A DNA stretch of 32,000 bases from Vibrio vulnificus CMCP6 (GCF_000039765.1 NC_004459.3:2751127-2783126), one strand, 5' to 3'; shown: positions 1 through 9,839, counted from the stretch's first letter. Notes: a model not told the origin generated them from the letters alone. Numbers and translations: made by a program.

Positions 1-56
1 TCGCGAAGAAATCGTCTTCGACTTTCGGATGTTTTTTTGCTGTTGCTTACACTCAT
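1..56 (-). CDS. 5' end (18 codons) of a gene continuing past the left edge; N-terminus MSVSNSKKTSESRRRFLR carries a twin-arginine (Tat) signal motif; product not identifiable from this fragment
   Basis: Hand translation of reverse strand: ATG at 56..54, AGGTGA Shine-Dalgarno at 66..61 (4-nt spacer). S-R-R-R-F-L matches the Tat S/T-R-R-x-F-L core. Too short to appear in the ORF track. Confidence 0.45.
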   Translation of the reverse strand, partial: MSVSNSKKTSESRRRFLR

Positions 57-394
57 TGCTTCACCTATCGCCTTCATGTGTCGCACTTGTTTTATACTAG
101 TTGTCCGCGCACAAAATCGCTGAAGATATAGGCGTAATGTAACTGGATGGCGTTCGTTTTCTATCACCCCAAAAGGGTAATCAAACACTTGATTGAGTTA
201 GATCAAACGTCATTATTCAACTCTGACACTAAGCTCACGATTTTTGCCTGCTAAAGATGAAAGCCGCGAGCATTAAAACGGGTGAAGGAATGTTGCAATC
301 AATCCACTAGAGCAACACCGTAAGGCATTCCGTCATGGTGTCGTCGCCGTGGATTGAAGGATTGAAGGAACCAGCAAGAGCAAAAGCACTGCGA

Positions 395-1315
395 TCAGAT
401 AATCAGATCACCTTGCTGAAGAAAGCTGAATTCTTGGCTGTTTTTAGCAAATAACACGCAGATTTTAATCGGCTCGAGCTTCGCTTGTTGAATCTTTTCC
501 GAGAGTTGTGCCGGAGTTTCATAACTCAAACGTTGGGCATCTCGACGCACCATTTCTAGAAAAGCAGGATGAATCTGCTCTGGTGCCAACACAAGCTCCG
601 CTTTTTGCATATAACGAAGGGCTTTAATAGGTAACAGCTCAACATCTTCTGTGCAACCAATCCATGTGCATTGCGCAGTTCGTTGAAGCTCCCCTTTGAT
701 TGCCTGTGCAAACAAGGTTTCAAGCTCTCTATGATTTTGTGACGATTTGACCTCTGGTAAGTCAAAAAACAGCTCCCAAAACATGCGACGTTCTTCGACT
801 GTCGGGAATCGCTCTTTAACCGCCACACGTTTTGACTCGGCGAACTCCGCCAGCAAACTAAGATTTTGTGGCAAAACCGCTTCTAATGATTCTCTGAGAT
901 TACGAATCAACACAGGGGAAGCACCACCACTGGATATGGCAATTTGCACTCGCCCACGCGAGATCATTGAAGGCGTAATGAAGTCACAATACGGTTTATC
1001 ATCCACGACGTTCACCAACAGATTGCGCTGTTTAGCGTCACGGTATACTTGATGGTTGAGAGACGGATTGTTGGTTGTCGCCCAGACTTGAACATAGGCC
1101 CCATCCATCAACTCAGATGAATAGAAATTTTTCACCCAGTAACAGCGGTTTTCCTCCACCCAACGGTGAAGCTCATCCACCAATGTCGGCGAGACGATCG
1201 TTACTTTCGCCCCGACATTTAACAGCGCTTCAATTTTACGACTGGCAACTTCCCCTCCTCCGACAACAAGTACGGGTTTGTTTTCTAGATCCATGAAAAG
1301 AGGAAAATATCGCAT
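395..1315 (-). CDS. CysG-family precorrin-2 dehydrogenase / sirohydrochlorin ferrochelatase (siroheme synthase N-terminal module) with a short degenerate methyltransferase-like tail
   Basis: MRYFPLFMDLENKPVLVVGGGEVASRKIEALLNVGAKVTIVSP aligns with E. coli CysG [27 protein letters not shown] (Rossmann GGGxVA). ATG at 1315 has an AGGGA SD. Residues ~205-306 resemble the first ~100 aa of the SUMT domain (MVRRDAQR vs LVRRDADR), but GAGPGD reads GCTEDV. Confidence 0.8.
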   Translation of the reverse strand: MRYFPLFMDLENKPVLVVGGGEVASRKIEALLNVGAKVTIVSPTLVDELHRWVEENRCYWVKNFYSSELMDGAYVQVWATTNNPSLNHQVYRDAKQRNLLVNVVDDKPYCDFITPSMISRGRVQIAISSGGASPVLIRNLRESLEAVLPQNLSLLAEFAESKRVAVKERFPTVEERRMFWELFFDLPEVKSSQNHRELETLFAQAIKGELQRTAQCTWIGCTEDVELLPIKALRYMQKAELVLAPEQIHPAFLEMVRRDAQRLSYETPAQLSEKIQQAKLEPIKICVLFAKNSQEFSFLQQGDLII

Positions 1316-1773
1316 TTAAATCCCTGTTTGTTCTTTATGACTAAAGCGCTCATCGTAGCAGATTTGGTGCATAAATATCATCACAAACCGATGTAACAAA
1401 TAATTTTTGTTCGAATTTCAAACACAAAGCAGTGAATAACTCCAAACAACAACCGCCATACAGCCCTTGATTCCATAATACTATTAATATAATTGACAAA
1501 AGCTCTCTTGCACTACTTCAGTAACCAATTGCACTATTTACATTCAGTTAACATTTGGTCATTCTAATTACCACAGGGTTTGTGATTCCTCTCAAAAATC
1601 TTTTTAAATTATACAGTTGAGAAATCAAAAATCCTTTCCTACGCTTATAAATAATTGATTTCCGAACAGCCGTTTTGAACGGAGGTCAATCAGTTAGGAC
1701 ACACACAACAACAATTGAGCACGTTGTATCAGGTGTTACCTGGTTTAACTTGGATCATACAGGAAGGATACAA

Positions 1774-2802
1774 ATGGCAAATAAACTCACTATTCTGGCT
1801 TCATTGGTAGCGGCATCTACTGCTATGTTGTCGTCAAATGCATTCGCTGCTGAAAGCACTCTAGACAAAGTGACAAAACAAGGTTTCTTAACTTGTGGTG
1901 TCAGTACTGGCCTACCAGGTTTCTCCAACCCTAACTCAAAAGGTGAATGGGAAGGTATTGACGTTGAATACTGCCAAGCGATTGCGGCGGCAGTGTTGGG
2001 CGACAAAACGAAAGTGAAATATGTTCCCCTCACTGCTAAAGAACGCTTTACCGCTCTACAATCGGGTGAGATTGATGTTCTTTCGCGTAACACGACATGG
2101 ACGCTACACCGTGATACCGCGCTTGGTTTGAACTTTGTTGGCGTGAACTACTACGACGGCCAAGGTTTTATGGTGAAAAAAGACCTCGGCATCAAGAGCG
2201 CCAAAGAGCTTGATGGCGCATCCGTTTGTGTTCAATCCGGTACCACCACTGAACTTAACTTAGCGGACTACTTCCGTAATTCAGGTATGAGCTACAAGCC
2301 TGTTGTATTTGATACGGCAGCTCAAACCTCAAAAGGTTTCGACGCTGGTCGTTGTGACGTGTTGACGACAGACCAATCTGGCCTGTATGCACTTCGTCTA
2401 AACCTGCAAGATCCAAACTCTGCGGTCGTTCTTCCTGAAATTATTTCTAAAGAGCCTCTAGGCCCTGTGGTTCGCCAAGGTGACGATCAATGGTTCAACA
2501 TCGCGAAGTGGACACTAAATGCGATGATCAACGCAGAAGAGTACGGCATCACCTCTAAAAACGCAGAAGAGATGCTTAAGTCTAATGATCCAAACGTGAA
2601 ACGTATCCTAGGTGTTGATGGGCCGAAAGGTAAAGGCCTAGGCATCCGTGATGATTGGGGTTACCAAGTCGTTAAGCAAGTTGGTAACTACGGAGAGAGC
2701 TTTGAACGTACTGTCGGTACAGGTTCTCCTCTGCAAATCTCTCGTGGTGTTAACGCACTATGGAATGCTGGCGGCTTCATGTACGCGCCACCGATCCGTT
2801 AA
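1774..2802 (+). CDS. aapJ: General L-amino-acid ABC transporter, periplasmic substrate-binding protein (AapJ/BztA type)
   Basis: Track ORF 1675..2802 starts at an upstream TTG. ATG 1774 follows AGGAAGGA (1761-1768) and gives signal peptide MANKLTILASLVAASTAMLSSNAFA/AEST. It is the first gene of a J-Q-M-P operon with two ~370-400 aa permeases, typical of Aap/Bzt systems. Confidence 0.8.
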   Translation: MANKLTILASLVAASTAMLSSNAFAAESTLDKVTKQGFLTCGVSTGLPGFSNPNSKGEWEGIDVEYCQAIAAAVLGDKTKVKYVPLTAKERFTALQSGEIDVLSRNTTWTLHRDTALGLNFVGVNYYDGQGFMVKKDLGIKSAKELDGASVCVQSGTTTELNLADYFRNSGMSYKPVVFDTAAQTSKGFDAGRCDVLTTDQSGLYALRLNLQDPNSAVVLPEIISKEPLGPVVRQGDDQWFNIAKWTLNAMINAEEYGITSKNAEEMLKSNDPNVKRILGVDGPKGKGLGIRDDWGYQVVKQVGNYGESFERTVGTGSPLQISRGVNALWNAGGFMYAPPIR

Positions 2803-2821
2803 CAGTTATCTGTGATGAAAT

Positions 2822-2846
2822 GGGCGGACCAGTGCCGCCCTTTTTT
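2822..2846 (+). terminator. Intercistronic hairpin plus T6 between aapJ and aapQ (partial terminator/attenuator)
   Basis: GGGCGG (2822-2827) / CCGCCC (2835-2840) stem, 7-nt loop, TTTTTT 2841-2846. Confidence 0.6.
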
Positions 2847-2874
2847 CTAAAAATGGATTAGAGGTTATTGTTGT

Positions 2875-4080
2875 ATGAAACCCGATAAAAACACGTCTTC
2901 AGGTGTTAGTGCCAAACCGTCTTCGAGCACCAACCTGCTTTATAATCCCACTTTTCGCTCGGTCGTCTTTCAGGTCATCGCCATTCTGGCGCTGGTATTT
3001 TTCTTCTACACCATCGTCAATAACGCGTTAACAAACCTAAATGCTCGAGGCATTGCCACTGGCTTTGATTTTCTTTCGCAAGAAGCCGGATTCGGCATTG
3101 GTTTAACGCTGATTGAATATGATGAAACCTTTTCTTATGGTCGAACGTTCGTTATCGGCCTCCTTAATACGGCCTTAGTGTCATTTCTTGGCATCATATT
3201 AGCAACCGTACTCGGTTTTGTTATCGGCATCGCTCGTTTGTCTTCAAACTGGTTGGTGAGTCGATTTGCGGCGATATACATTGAAATTTTCCGTAACATC
3301 CCGTTGTTACTGCAAATCTTCTTCTGGTATTTCGCAGTGTTGCAAGCGTTACCTTCGCCAAGACAAAGTATCAGTTTAGGTGAAGCAATCTTTCTTAATG
3401 TTCGAGGCTTGTTTTTCCCAAAACCGGTTTTTGAAGCGGGAAGTGCGTTTATTTTTGCCGCACTATTCGCGGGCATCATTGCGACAATATTTATTGGCGT
3501 GTGGGCCAGAAATAAGCAAAAGTTAACCGGACAACAAACACCGATGGGGCGAATCGCTTTAGCCTTAATTGTCGGTTTACCTGCGCTTGTTTACTTTGTT
3601 TCTGGAATGCCAGTCTCAGCGGAGTATCCTGCACTGAAAGGCTTCAACTACCAAGGTGGCATCAGCATCATCCCTGAGTTGGCAGCACTGTTGGTGGCGC
3701 TGAGCATTTATACTGCAGCGTTTATTGCAGAAATTGTTCGTTCAGGTATTAATGCTGTAAGCCATGGTCAAACTGAGGCAGCGATGTCCCTTGGCCTACC
3801 AAGGACTCGCACCCTGAAACTGATCATCATTCCTCAAGCGTTACGAATCATCATTCCACCGCTGACCAGTCAATACCTTAATTTGACCAAAAACTCGTCT
3901 TTAGCCATGGCAATTGGCTACCCAGATTTGGTTTCTGTTTTTGCTGGTACAACGCTCAACCAAACAGGGCAAGCGATCGAAATCATTGCAATGACGATGG
4001 GGGTATACCTGACGCTAAGTTTGGTCACATCAGCACTGATGAACATTTACAACAAGAAAGTTGCTTTGGTGGAGAGATAA
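2875..4080 (+). CDS. aapQ: Amino-acid ABC transporter permease (AapQ/BztB type)
   Basis: 401-aa polytopic membrane protein. The EAA-type loop region reads GQTEAAMSLGLPRTRTLKLIIIPQALRIIIPPL. AGAGG SD lies upstream of ATG 2875. Confidence 0.8.
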   Translation: MKPDKNTSSGVSAKPSSSTNLLYNPTFRSVVFQVIAILALVFFFYTIVNNALTNLNARGIATGFDFLSQEAGFGIGLTLIEYDETFSYGRTFVIGLLNTALVSFLGIILATVLGFVIGIARLSSNWLVSRFAAIYIEIFRNIPLLLQIFFWYFAVLQALPSPRQSISLGEAIFLNVRGLFFPKPVFEAGSAFIFAALFAGIIATIFIGVWARNKQKLTGQQTPMGRIALALIVGLPALVYFVSGMPVSAEYPALKGFNYQGGISIIPELAALLVALSIYTAAFIAEIVRSGINAVSHGQTEAAMSLGLPRTRTLKLIIIPQALRIIIPPLTSQYLNLTKNSSLAMAIGYPDLVSVFAGTTLNQTGQAIEIIAMTMGVYLTLSLVTSALMNIYNKKVALVER

Positions 4081-4081
4081 G

Positions 4082-5179
4082 ATGAAAGTACATCAATTTC
4101 AACCTGATCTTCCACCGCCAGCAAACACCGTAGGTGTTATCGGTTGGATGAGGAAGAATCTATTCAACAGTCCGGTCAATTCTGTACTGACGCTGGTGTT
4201 GGCATACTTTGCTATCAGCACTTTATGGTATGTCGCCGATTGGGCTTTTTTAAGTGCTGACTGGGTCGGCTCCACACGGGATGCCTGTACTCGAGAAGGG
4301 GCTTGTTGGGTATTCATCAGCGTGCGTTGGGAGCAATTCATGTATGGCTTCTATCCTGAAGCCGAACTGTGGCGCCCTCGCCTGTTCTACATTACGCTGG
4401 CGATTTTCACTCTGCTACTCGCCTATGAGAAAACACCAAAACGAATGTGGATTTGGCTATTCTTTGTCAACATCTATCCATTTATCGTTGCTGCGCTTCT
4501 TTACGGTGGTGTGTTTGGACTAGAAGTAGTAGAAACCCATAAATGGGGCGGCTTGCTGGTCACCTTGATCATTGCATTAGTGGGTATTGTGGTTTCACTA
4601 CCGATTGGCGTCGCTTTGGCACTGGGTCGTCGTTCAGATATGCCAATCATTCGTAGCTTATGTACGGTGTATATCGAAGTATGGCGTGGTGTTCCATTAA
4701 TCACCGTGCTGTTTATGGCATCGGTGATGCTACCTCTGTTTCTCTCTGAAGGCTCAGAGACGGATAAACTGATCCGCGCATTGATTGGTGTGGTGATGTT
4801 TAGTGCCGCCTACATGGCTGAGGTGGTTCGTGGTGGCTTACAGGCCATACCAAAGGGCCAGTACGAAGCGGCCGACGCACTAGGGTTAACGTATTGGAAA
4901 AAAATGGGCTTAATTATTCTGCCGCAAGCGTTGAAAATTACCATTCCGTCCATCGTAAACACCTTTATTGGACTCTTTAAAGACACCAGTCTTGTGCTGA
5001 TCATCGGTATGTTCGATGTGTTGGGCATTGGACAAGCCGCAAACACCGATCCCGAGTGGCTTGGTTTTGCTACAGAAAGTTATGTATTTGTCGCGTTAGT
5101 GTTCTGGGTATTTTGTTTTGGCATGTCGAGATACTCGATATGGCTAGAAAATAAACTACACACCGGTCACAAACGATAA
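4082..5179 (+). CDS. aapM: Amino-acid ABC transporter permease (AapM/BztC type)
   Basis: Track ORF starts at 4061 inside aapQ. ATG 4082 lies 1 nt after the aapQ TAA and is preceded by GGAGAG. Loop motif [33 protein letters not shown]. Confidence 0.8.
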   Translation: MKVHQFQPDLPPPANTVGVIGWMRKNLFNSPVNSVLTLVLAYFAISTLWYVADWAFLSADWVGSTRDACTREGACWVFISVRWEQFMYGFYPEAELWRPRLFYITLAIFTLLLAYEKTPKRMWIWLFFVNIYPFIVAALLYGGVFGLEVVETHKWGGLLVTLIIALVGIVVSLPIGVALALGRRSDMPIIRSLCTVYIEVWRGVPLITVLFMASVMLPLFLSEGSETDKLIRALIGVVMFSAAYMAEVVRGGLQAIPKGQYEAADALGLTYWKKMGLIILPQALKITIPSIVNTFIGLFKDTSLVLIIGMFDVLGIGQAANTDPEWLGFATESYVFVALVFWVFCFGMSRYSIWLENKLHTGHKR

Positions 5180-5202
5180 TTCAGAAAACTCAAGGACGTA
5201 TT

Positions 5203-5952
5203 ATGACGCAACAACAAGATTACATGATCCAACTGAAGGATATGAATAAGTGGTACGGTGAGTTTCACGTACTAAAAAACATCAATCTGAATGTTAAAAA
5301 AGGCGAAAAGATTGTTATCTGTGGCCCATCTGGTTCCGGTAAATCCACTATGATTCGCTGCATTAACCGATTGGAAGAACACCAAGCAGGGCAAATTCTG
5401 GTCTCTGGTACTGAACTAACCGAAGACCTCAAAAACATCGAAGCAGTAAGGCGAGAAGTCGGCATGTGTTTCCAACACTTTAACCTCTTCCCTCACCTAA
5501 CGGTTTTGGAAAACTGCACGTTGGCACCAATTTGGGTAAAGAAAATGCCTAAAGAAGAAGCGGAAGCCATTGCAATGAAGTACCTTGAACGGGTTAAGAT
5601 TCCAGAGCAAGCAGATAAGTACCCAGGCCAACTTTCCGGTGGTCAGCAGCAGCGAGTCGCCATTGCACGCTCACTCTGTATGAGCCCTAAAGTCATGCTT
5701 TTCGATGAGCCAACATCTGCACTCGACCCAGAGATGGTACGCGAGGTATTGGATGTCATGGTTGAACTGGCAGAAGAAGGCATGACCATGTTGTGTGTTA
5801 CCCACGAAATGGGCTTTGCCAAAGAAGTAGCGGATCGCGTTATCTTCATGGATGCCGGTGAAATCATTGAAGAAAACAATCCGAAAGAGTTTTTTGAGAA
5901 CCCTCAATCCGATCGTACGCAAAACTTCCTTGCACAAATTCTGCATCACTAA
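5203..5952 (+). CDS. aapP: Amino-acid ABC transporter ATP-binding protein (AapP/BztD type)
   Basis: Walker [10 protein letters not shown], signature [13 protein letters not shown], Walker [13 protein letters not shown]-loop [15 protein letters not shown]. Confidence 0.9.
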   Translation: MTQQQDYMIQLKDMNKWYGEFHVLKNINLNVKKGEKIVICGPSGSGKSTMIRCINRLEEHQAGQILVSGTELTEDLKNIEAVRREVGMCFQHFNLFPHLTVLENCTLAPIWVKKMPKEEAEAIAMKYLERVKIPEQADKYPGQLSGGQQQRVAIARSLCMSPKVMLFDEPTSALDPEMVREVLDVMVELAEEGMTMLCVTHEMGFAKEVADRVIFMDAGEIIEENNPKEFFENPQSDRTQNFLAQILHH

Positions 5953-5970
5953 TGTGAGCACGACTGAAAA

Positions 5971-5996
5971 GAGGCGTCTTCAACGCCTCTTTTTTT
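5971..5996 (+). terminator. Rho-independent terminator of the aap operon
   Basis: GAGGCG (5971-5976) / CGCCTC (5984-5989) stem followed by a T7 run. Confidence 0.8.
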
Positions 5997-6154
5997 CGTC
6001 TATAGTGGAAATAAAGTGTTACAAACTGGATAATGCATAACTCATTATTTCTACTATCATTTTGGCTAGTAACGAATAAAGTCAGGCTTGATTTTTGGAA
6101 CGATCGGCCTCATATATAGACATATAAATTAAACATACTCTCAAGAGGAAGATT

Positions 6155-6817
6155 ATGAACAGTCCTATGTTTACCCGTACTTCTACACAAGAAAGTGCTC
6201 TACAGACAAACAAAGTACTACGTAACACTTACGCCCTACTTTCTATGACTTTACTTTGGTCAGCTATCGTTGCTGGTGTCGCTATGGTGATGAACCTCCC
6301 TCACCCCGGTATAATCATTACATTAGTTGGCTTCTATGGCCTACTATTCCTAACAGAGAAGAACCGCAACAACGGTCTTGGCCTTGTATTCACATTCGCA
6401 CTAACCGGTTTTATGGGTTATACACTTGGACCAATCCTAAACGCTTATGTGGGCGCAGGAATGGGTGATCTTATCGTAACAGCACTAGGCGGTACCGCTC
6501 TTTCATTCTTAGCGGCATCAGCTTACGCACTGACAACTAAGCGCGACCTATCTATGATGGGCGGTTTGATGCTTTCACTATTTGTAGTTTTGATTGTTGG
6601 TATGATCGCAAGCATCTTCATTCAGTCAACAGTACTTCACCTAGCCTTAAGCAGCTTGTTCATTGTTTTCTCTACAATGGCAATCTTAATGACCACTCAA
6701 AGCATTGTTCGTGGTGGTGAAACAAACTACATTTCAGCAACTGTGACTCTATACGTATCAATTTACAATATCTTCGTCAGCCTACTTCAAATCCTCGGCA
6801 TTATGAACGACGACTAA
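6155..6817 (+). CDS. yccA: BAX inhibitor-1/YccA family inner-membrane protein (FtsH modulator YccA)
   Basis: 220 aa, 7 TM. Near-colinear with E. coli YccA: HKVLRNTY, GGETNYI.ATV.LYVS.YNIFVSLL.ILG. AGAGGAAG SD. Confidence 0.9.
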   Translation: MNSPMFTRTSTQESALQTNKVLRNTYALLSMTLLWSAIVAGVAMVMNLPHPGIIITLVGFYGLLFLTEKNRNNGLGLVFTFALTGFMGYTLGPILNAYVGAGMGDLIVTALGGTALSFLAASAYALTTKRDLSMMGGLMLSLFVVLIVGMIASIFIQSTVLHLALSSLFIVFSTMAILMTTQSIVRGGETNYISATVTLYVSIYNIFVSLLQILGIMNDD

Positions 6818-6840
6818 TTGTTTAGTGTTAAATCAATTCA

Positions 6841-6868
6841 AAGCCCGGAGCATTGCTTCGGGCTTTTT
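6841..6868 (+). terminator. Rho-independent terminator after yccA, possibly shared with the convergent gene
   Basis: AGCCCGGAGC / GCTTCGGGCT imperfect 10-bp stem followed by TTTTT. Confidence 0.7.
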
Positions 6869-6888
6869 CTTGATTTGCGATAGGAAAT

Positions 6889-7263
6889 CTAGGCTTGATC
6901 GACCGCAAGAACAATCACTTCATCCGCAGGCGGGTTTTCTCTAAAGCGCCTCACTTGAATGGTCTCCTCTCCCAACATGATTTTCTTAGCAATTCGATGC
7001 ATACCATCAAAGACTTTGTAATCGCTGGTTAAAATCACAGGGTACGACAAGTCAGCGTTGTTAATTCTTTGGCAGTGCTTTGCTATCTCTCGACATGTAG
7101 GCATAGGCCCTTCCATGCTAAACCAAGTCACTTCATCTGGCCCTTTTATCTCATCAATGGGGAGCTCCTCTACAGGAAGTGATTCAGCAAGTGCCCAAAT
7201 GCGCTCAATAGACCAAATAGATTTCTCGTTGTCATTAATTTCAATGTAACGCTGTTTTGACAT
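6889..7263 (-). CDS. Stand-alone ParB N-terminal / sulfiredoxin-fold (ParB/Srx) domain protein, function unknown
   Basis: 124 aa. SYPVILTSDYKVFDGMHRIAKKIMLG matches the strand-DGxHR-helix-G signature of ParB/Srx domains. No HTH or second domain. Strong SD AAGGAG 6 nt before ATG 7263. Confidence 0.6.
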   Translation of the reverse strand: MSKQRYIEINDNEKSIWSIERIWALAESLPVEELPIDEIKGPDEVTWFSMEGPMPTCREIAKHCQRINNADLSYPVILTSDYKVFDGMHRIAKKIMLGEETIQVRRFRENPPADEVIVLAVDQA

Positions 7264-7672
7264 GACTGACTCCTTGTCATAATTTCCATTTATAATATCG
7301 AATGAAATTTATAACAAAAACAAAAGAATAGCGACCCACTATTACAAACACAACGAAGTAAGCAGCCTATACTGCAATAAAGTGCTCTTTATCTGAGACA
7401 TCACATGTAAACGAGATCAATAAACATGAATAAATCTTACTAGGCATGCAAATTTTTCATTACCCGCCCCGACAATTTTCTAACACAGCGCATAATTATT
7501 TAGCTCCTTGAATAACGACGCATTGCGGCTATGTGGTCAACGGTTAATAAAAATCAATCCGGGATTGGATGCTTTTGCTTCGCTCGGTGTGATAATGGGA
7601 TTCTTTTGTTGAGAAGCGCCTTACGTGTACGCTACCCTATACCCATCTTTATTGACTCGATGGATATAGCGC

Positions 7673-8002
7673 ATGTTCGTTTACAACGGCAAACAAATTG
7701 AAACCGATGCTCAAGGCTACCTACTAGACCACACTCAGTGGGAAGAAGGGATGATTGAGATACTTGCCGAGCAAGAAGGCATTGAGCTCACAGATGCTCA
7801 TCTAGAAGTGATCCACTTTGTGCGTGACTTTTATGAAGAATTCAATACCTCACCAGCGGTGAGAATGCTGGTGAAAGCCATGGAAAAATCGCACGGTCCT
7901 GAAAAAGGCAACAGCAAGTATCTTTTTAAGCTTTTCAAAGAAGGACCAGCAAAACAAGCGACCAAACTTGCAGGTTTACCCAAACCGGCAAAGTGCCTCT
8001 AA
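7673..8002 (+). CDS. tusE: Sulfurtransferase TusE (DsrC family), tRNA 2-thiouridine relay
   Basis: 109 aa, colinear with E. coli TusE ([43 protein letters not shown]). The single penultimate Cys is conserved. Confidence 0.9.
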   Translation: MFVYNGKQIETDAQGYLLDHTQWEEGMIEILAEQEGIELTDAHLEVIHFVRDFYEEFNTSPAVRMLVKAMEKSHGPEKGNSKYLFKLFKEGPAKQATKLAGLPKPAKCL

Positions 8003-8030
8003 CTCCCTATTTTTATCCTGTAGCGCTCAG

Positions 8031-8303
8031 CTACAGGATTTCAAACCCTTGATATTCACGACAGGTAATTTCTTCTCTTTTAAGCTCATCAACGCGAGCC
8101 GTTTTGGGTCCCTGTTCTAACCATTTGGCAAACTCTTCTATCTTCAGTGGTTCACCACAGGCTATCACTTCGACATCTCCGTTATATAAATTCTTTGCAT
8201 AACCGACTAAATTTAGCTTTAGGCCTTGATGTGAGGTGTGGTATCGAAATCCAACCCCTTGAACTATGCCAGAGACCACAAATTTTTCGCATCTTATTGC
8301 CAT
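8031..8303 (-). CDS. acyP: Acylphosphatase
   Basis: 90 aa. VQGVGFRY phosphate-binding cradle and GYAKNL..G.VEV.ACGE as in E. coli YccX. GGAGAGG SD. Confidence 0.9.
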   Translation of the reverse strand: MAIRCEKFVVSGIVQGVGFRYHTSHQGLKLNLVGYAKNLYNGDVEVIACGEPLKIEEFAKWLEQGPKTARVDELKREEITCREYQGFEIL

Positions 8304-8391
8304 CCGTATACCTCTCCGTTTTTTTGAGTGATATATTTATTAAGTCTATTCACCCCACAAAGGACCGTGGGTTACTAAGAGCATAATAATT

Positions 8392-9795
8392 ATGAAAGAA
8401 ATACCATTTCGTTGGATTGATAAATATCTCATCCATTTAAAAATTCAAGAAAAGTTCTATCTGCTTTTCCTACTTCCTCTGATTGCATTACTTATCCTTA
8501 CGCTCGTTCTTGATAACGCGGCAGACGCCATGCTCAATCATCTCTATCAAGATGAGTTGATATTGATGAAAAACTTTATCGAAGCCGGCAACTTATCACG
8601 CTCTCAAGTGATGGATATTTTGGCTTCATCCAATACCATTGCATTGGGCTCTGGCGCAGGCTCAGTTTCTGTTCTCAATGGCTCATTTAACTTGGTGGCC
8701 ACCCACGAGCAAGACTTGTGGACTGCCCTTTCCAGCGTCCACTGGACCATTATTTCTGTCTCTCTCTTCATTGTTGCACTCGCGGTTTACTACATTATGA
8801 CGTTCATTGGTGGCGCGATGTTCACAATGAACAAAGCATTGAGTACGCTTGCCAATGGTGATCTCACAGCGAGAATGAACTTTTTCCAAGTCAGGGATGA
8901 ATTCAGTACCATCGCTATCACTATAGACAAGGTTGCGGAGCGAGAGCAAAAGATGGTGCTGTCGATCCAAGAGTCTGTCGCTTTAATGCAACAAATAAGC
9001 TCAGATCTTAATCAGTCTATTTGCAGCAGTTCTGATATTTCAAACTCACAACAAGAACATTTGAACTCATTGGCGAGTGCCACTGAACAGATGGCCTCGA
9101 CGATTCGCGAAGTGGCCAACCTTGCCCACGATTCGAGCACACAAACGGAAGATGCTCGCAGTGTTGCGCAATCTGGCCAGGTGAAAGTGGCAAATACCTT
9201 GAATTCGATTTCTCAACTCTCCTCTGAAATCCAATCCGCTTCTCAGGCGGTAGAAGAGTTGGATGCCAACGCAGCGCAAATCGATGAAGTTGTCACCACC
9301 ATCAATGGTATCTCAGAGCAAACCAACCTACTTGCATTAAACGCAGCAATTGAAGCAGCCCGTGCAGGCGAACAAGGTCGTGGTTTCGCCGTGGTTGCCG
9401 ATGAAGTTCGTGCTCTAGCCGGACGAACTCAGCAAGCAACGGTTGAGATCCAAGCGATGATTGAAGCATTACAACGTAACAGTCAGTCACTCACCAAACT
9501 AATGGAAGTGACGGTAAATAATGCTAACCAAGGTCAAACCTTGATGTCGGAAGTCAATCATGAGATTGCTTCTCTAGCAGATAAAAACCAAACCATTTCA
9601 GACAGCAGCACTCAGATTGCGACCGCCGCTGAAGAGCAAGGTGTGGTTGCCGATAATATCGCAGCAAGCGTGGAGGAAATTCGGATGCAGTCCAATAACG
9701 TATGCGAAATGATCAACATGACCTCGCGCAATGTCGAGCAACTAAGAAATCAGAGTGATGCAATGGAAAGCTTACTCACCGGGTTGAAAGCATAA
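8392..9795 (+). CDS. Methyl-accepting chemotaxis protein (short periplasmic loop, HAMP, MA domain)
   Basis: Two N-terminal TM segments, a HAMP-like [11 protein letters not shown], and the signalling hairpin [40 protein letters not shown]. Confidence 0.9.
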   Translation: MKEIPFRWIDKYLIHLKIQEKFYLLFLLPLIALLILTLVLDNAADAMLNHLYQDELILMKNFIEAGNLSRSQVMDILASSNTIALGSGAGSVSVLNGSFNLVATHEQDLWTALSSVHWTIISVSLFIVALAVYYIMTFIGGAMFTMNKALSTLANGDLTARMNFFQVRDEFSTIAITIDKVAEREQKMVLSIQESVALMQQISSDLNQSICSSSDISNSQQEHLNSLASATEQMASTIREVANLAHDSSTQTEDARSVAQSGQVKVANTLNSISQLSSEIQSASQAVEELDANAAQIDEVVTTINGISEQTNLLALNAAIEAARAGEQGRGFAVVADEVRALAGRTQQATVEIQAMIEALQRNSQSLTKLMEVTVNNANQGQTLMSEVNHEIASLADKNQTISDSSTQIATAAEEQGVVADNIAASVEEIRMQSNNVCEMINMTSRNVEQLRNQSDAMESLLTGLKA

Positions 9796-9815
9796 ACCGC
9801 GATAAAACTGAGCAA

Positions 9816-9839
9816 AGGCCGCCAATGCGGCCTTTTTGC
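9816..9839 (+). terminator. Rho-independent terminator after the MCP gene
   Basis: AGGCCGC (9817-9823) / GCGGCCT (9828-9834), 4-nt loop, TTTTT. Confidence 0.8.

Noticed and set aside
189-206. TTGATtgagttagATCAA palindrome as an FNR/CRP site.
   Set aside because: The FNR consensus has a 4-nt spacer (TTGAT-N4-ATCAA) and CRP uses TGTGA-N6-TCACA. The 8-nt spacing here fits neither, so I left it as an unassigned palindrome.
57-394. Possible decayed remainder of the CysG methyltransferase domain downstream of the 306-aa ORF (frameshift pseudogene idea).
   Set aside because: Hand translation of all three minus-strand frames after the stop shows short, stop-interrupted peptides with no SUMT-like motifs.
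1508-1536. Direct repeat TTGCACTA at 1508 and 1529 (21 bp apart) upstream of aapJ, reminiscent of NtrC half-sites (TGCACCA) or a sigma-54 element.
   Set aside because: These are half-site-level matches only. There is no TGGCAC-N5-TTGC sigma-54 core, and no inverted partner. The nearby TTGACA (1493-1498) has no acceptable -10 at 17-18 nt. The evidence is insufficient.
1675-1773. N-terminal extensions in the ORF track. Affected ORFs: 1675 aapJ, 4061 aapM, 9887 rlmI, 20343 adhesin, 21976 OmpA-like, 26066 queC, 26807 queE.
   Set aside because: All begin at upstream TTG/alternative codons without an SD, and some overlap the preceding gene. Internal ATG/GTG starts have good SD sequences and match signal peptides or E. 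coli homologue N-termini.
9300-9440. Similarity between the two MCP genes (9300-9440 vs 29030-29165) as a possible dispersed repeat or recombination substrate.
   Set aside because: The protein hairpin tip is nearly identical (universal MCP signalling motif), but the DNA differs at most third positions. This is ordinary paralogue conservation.
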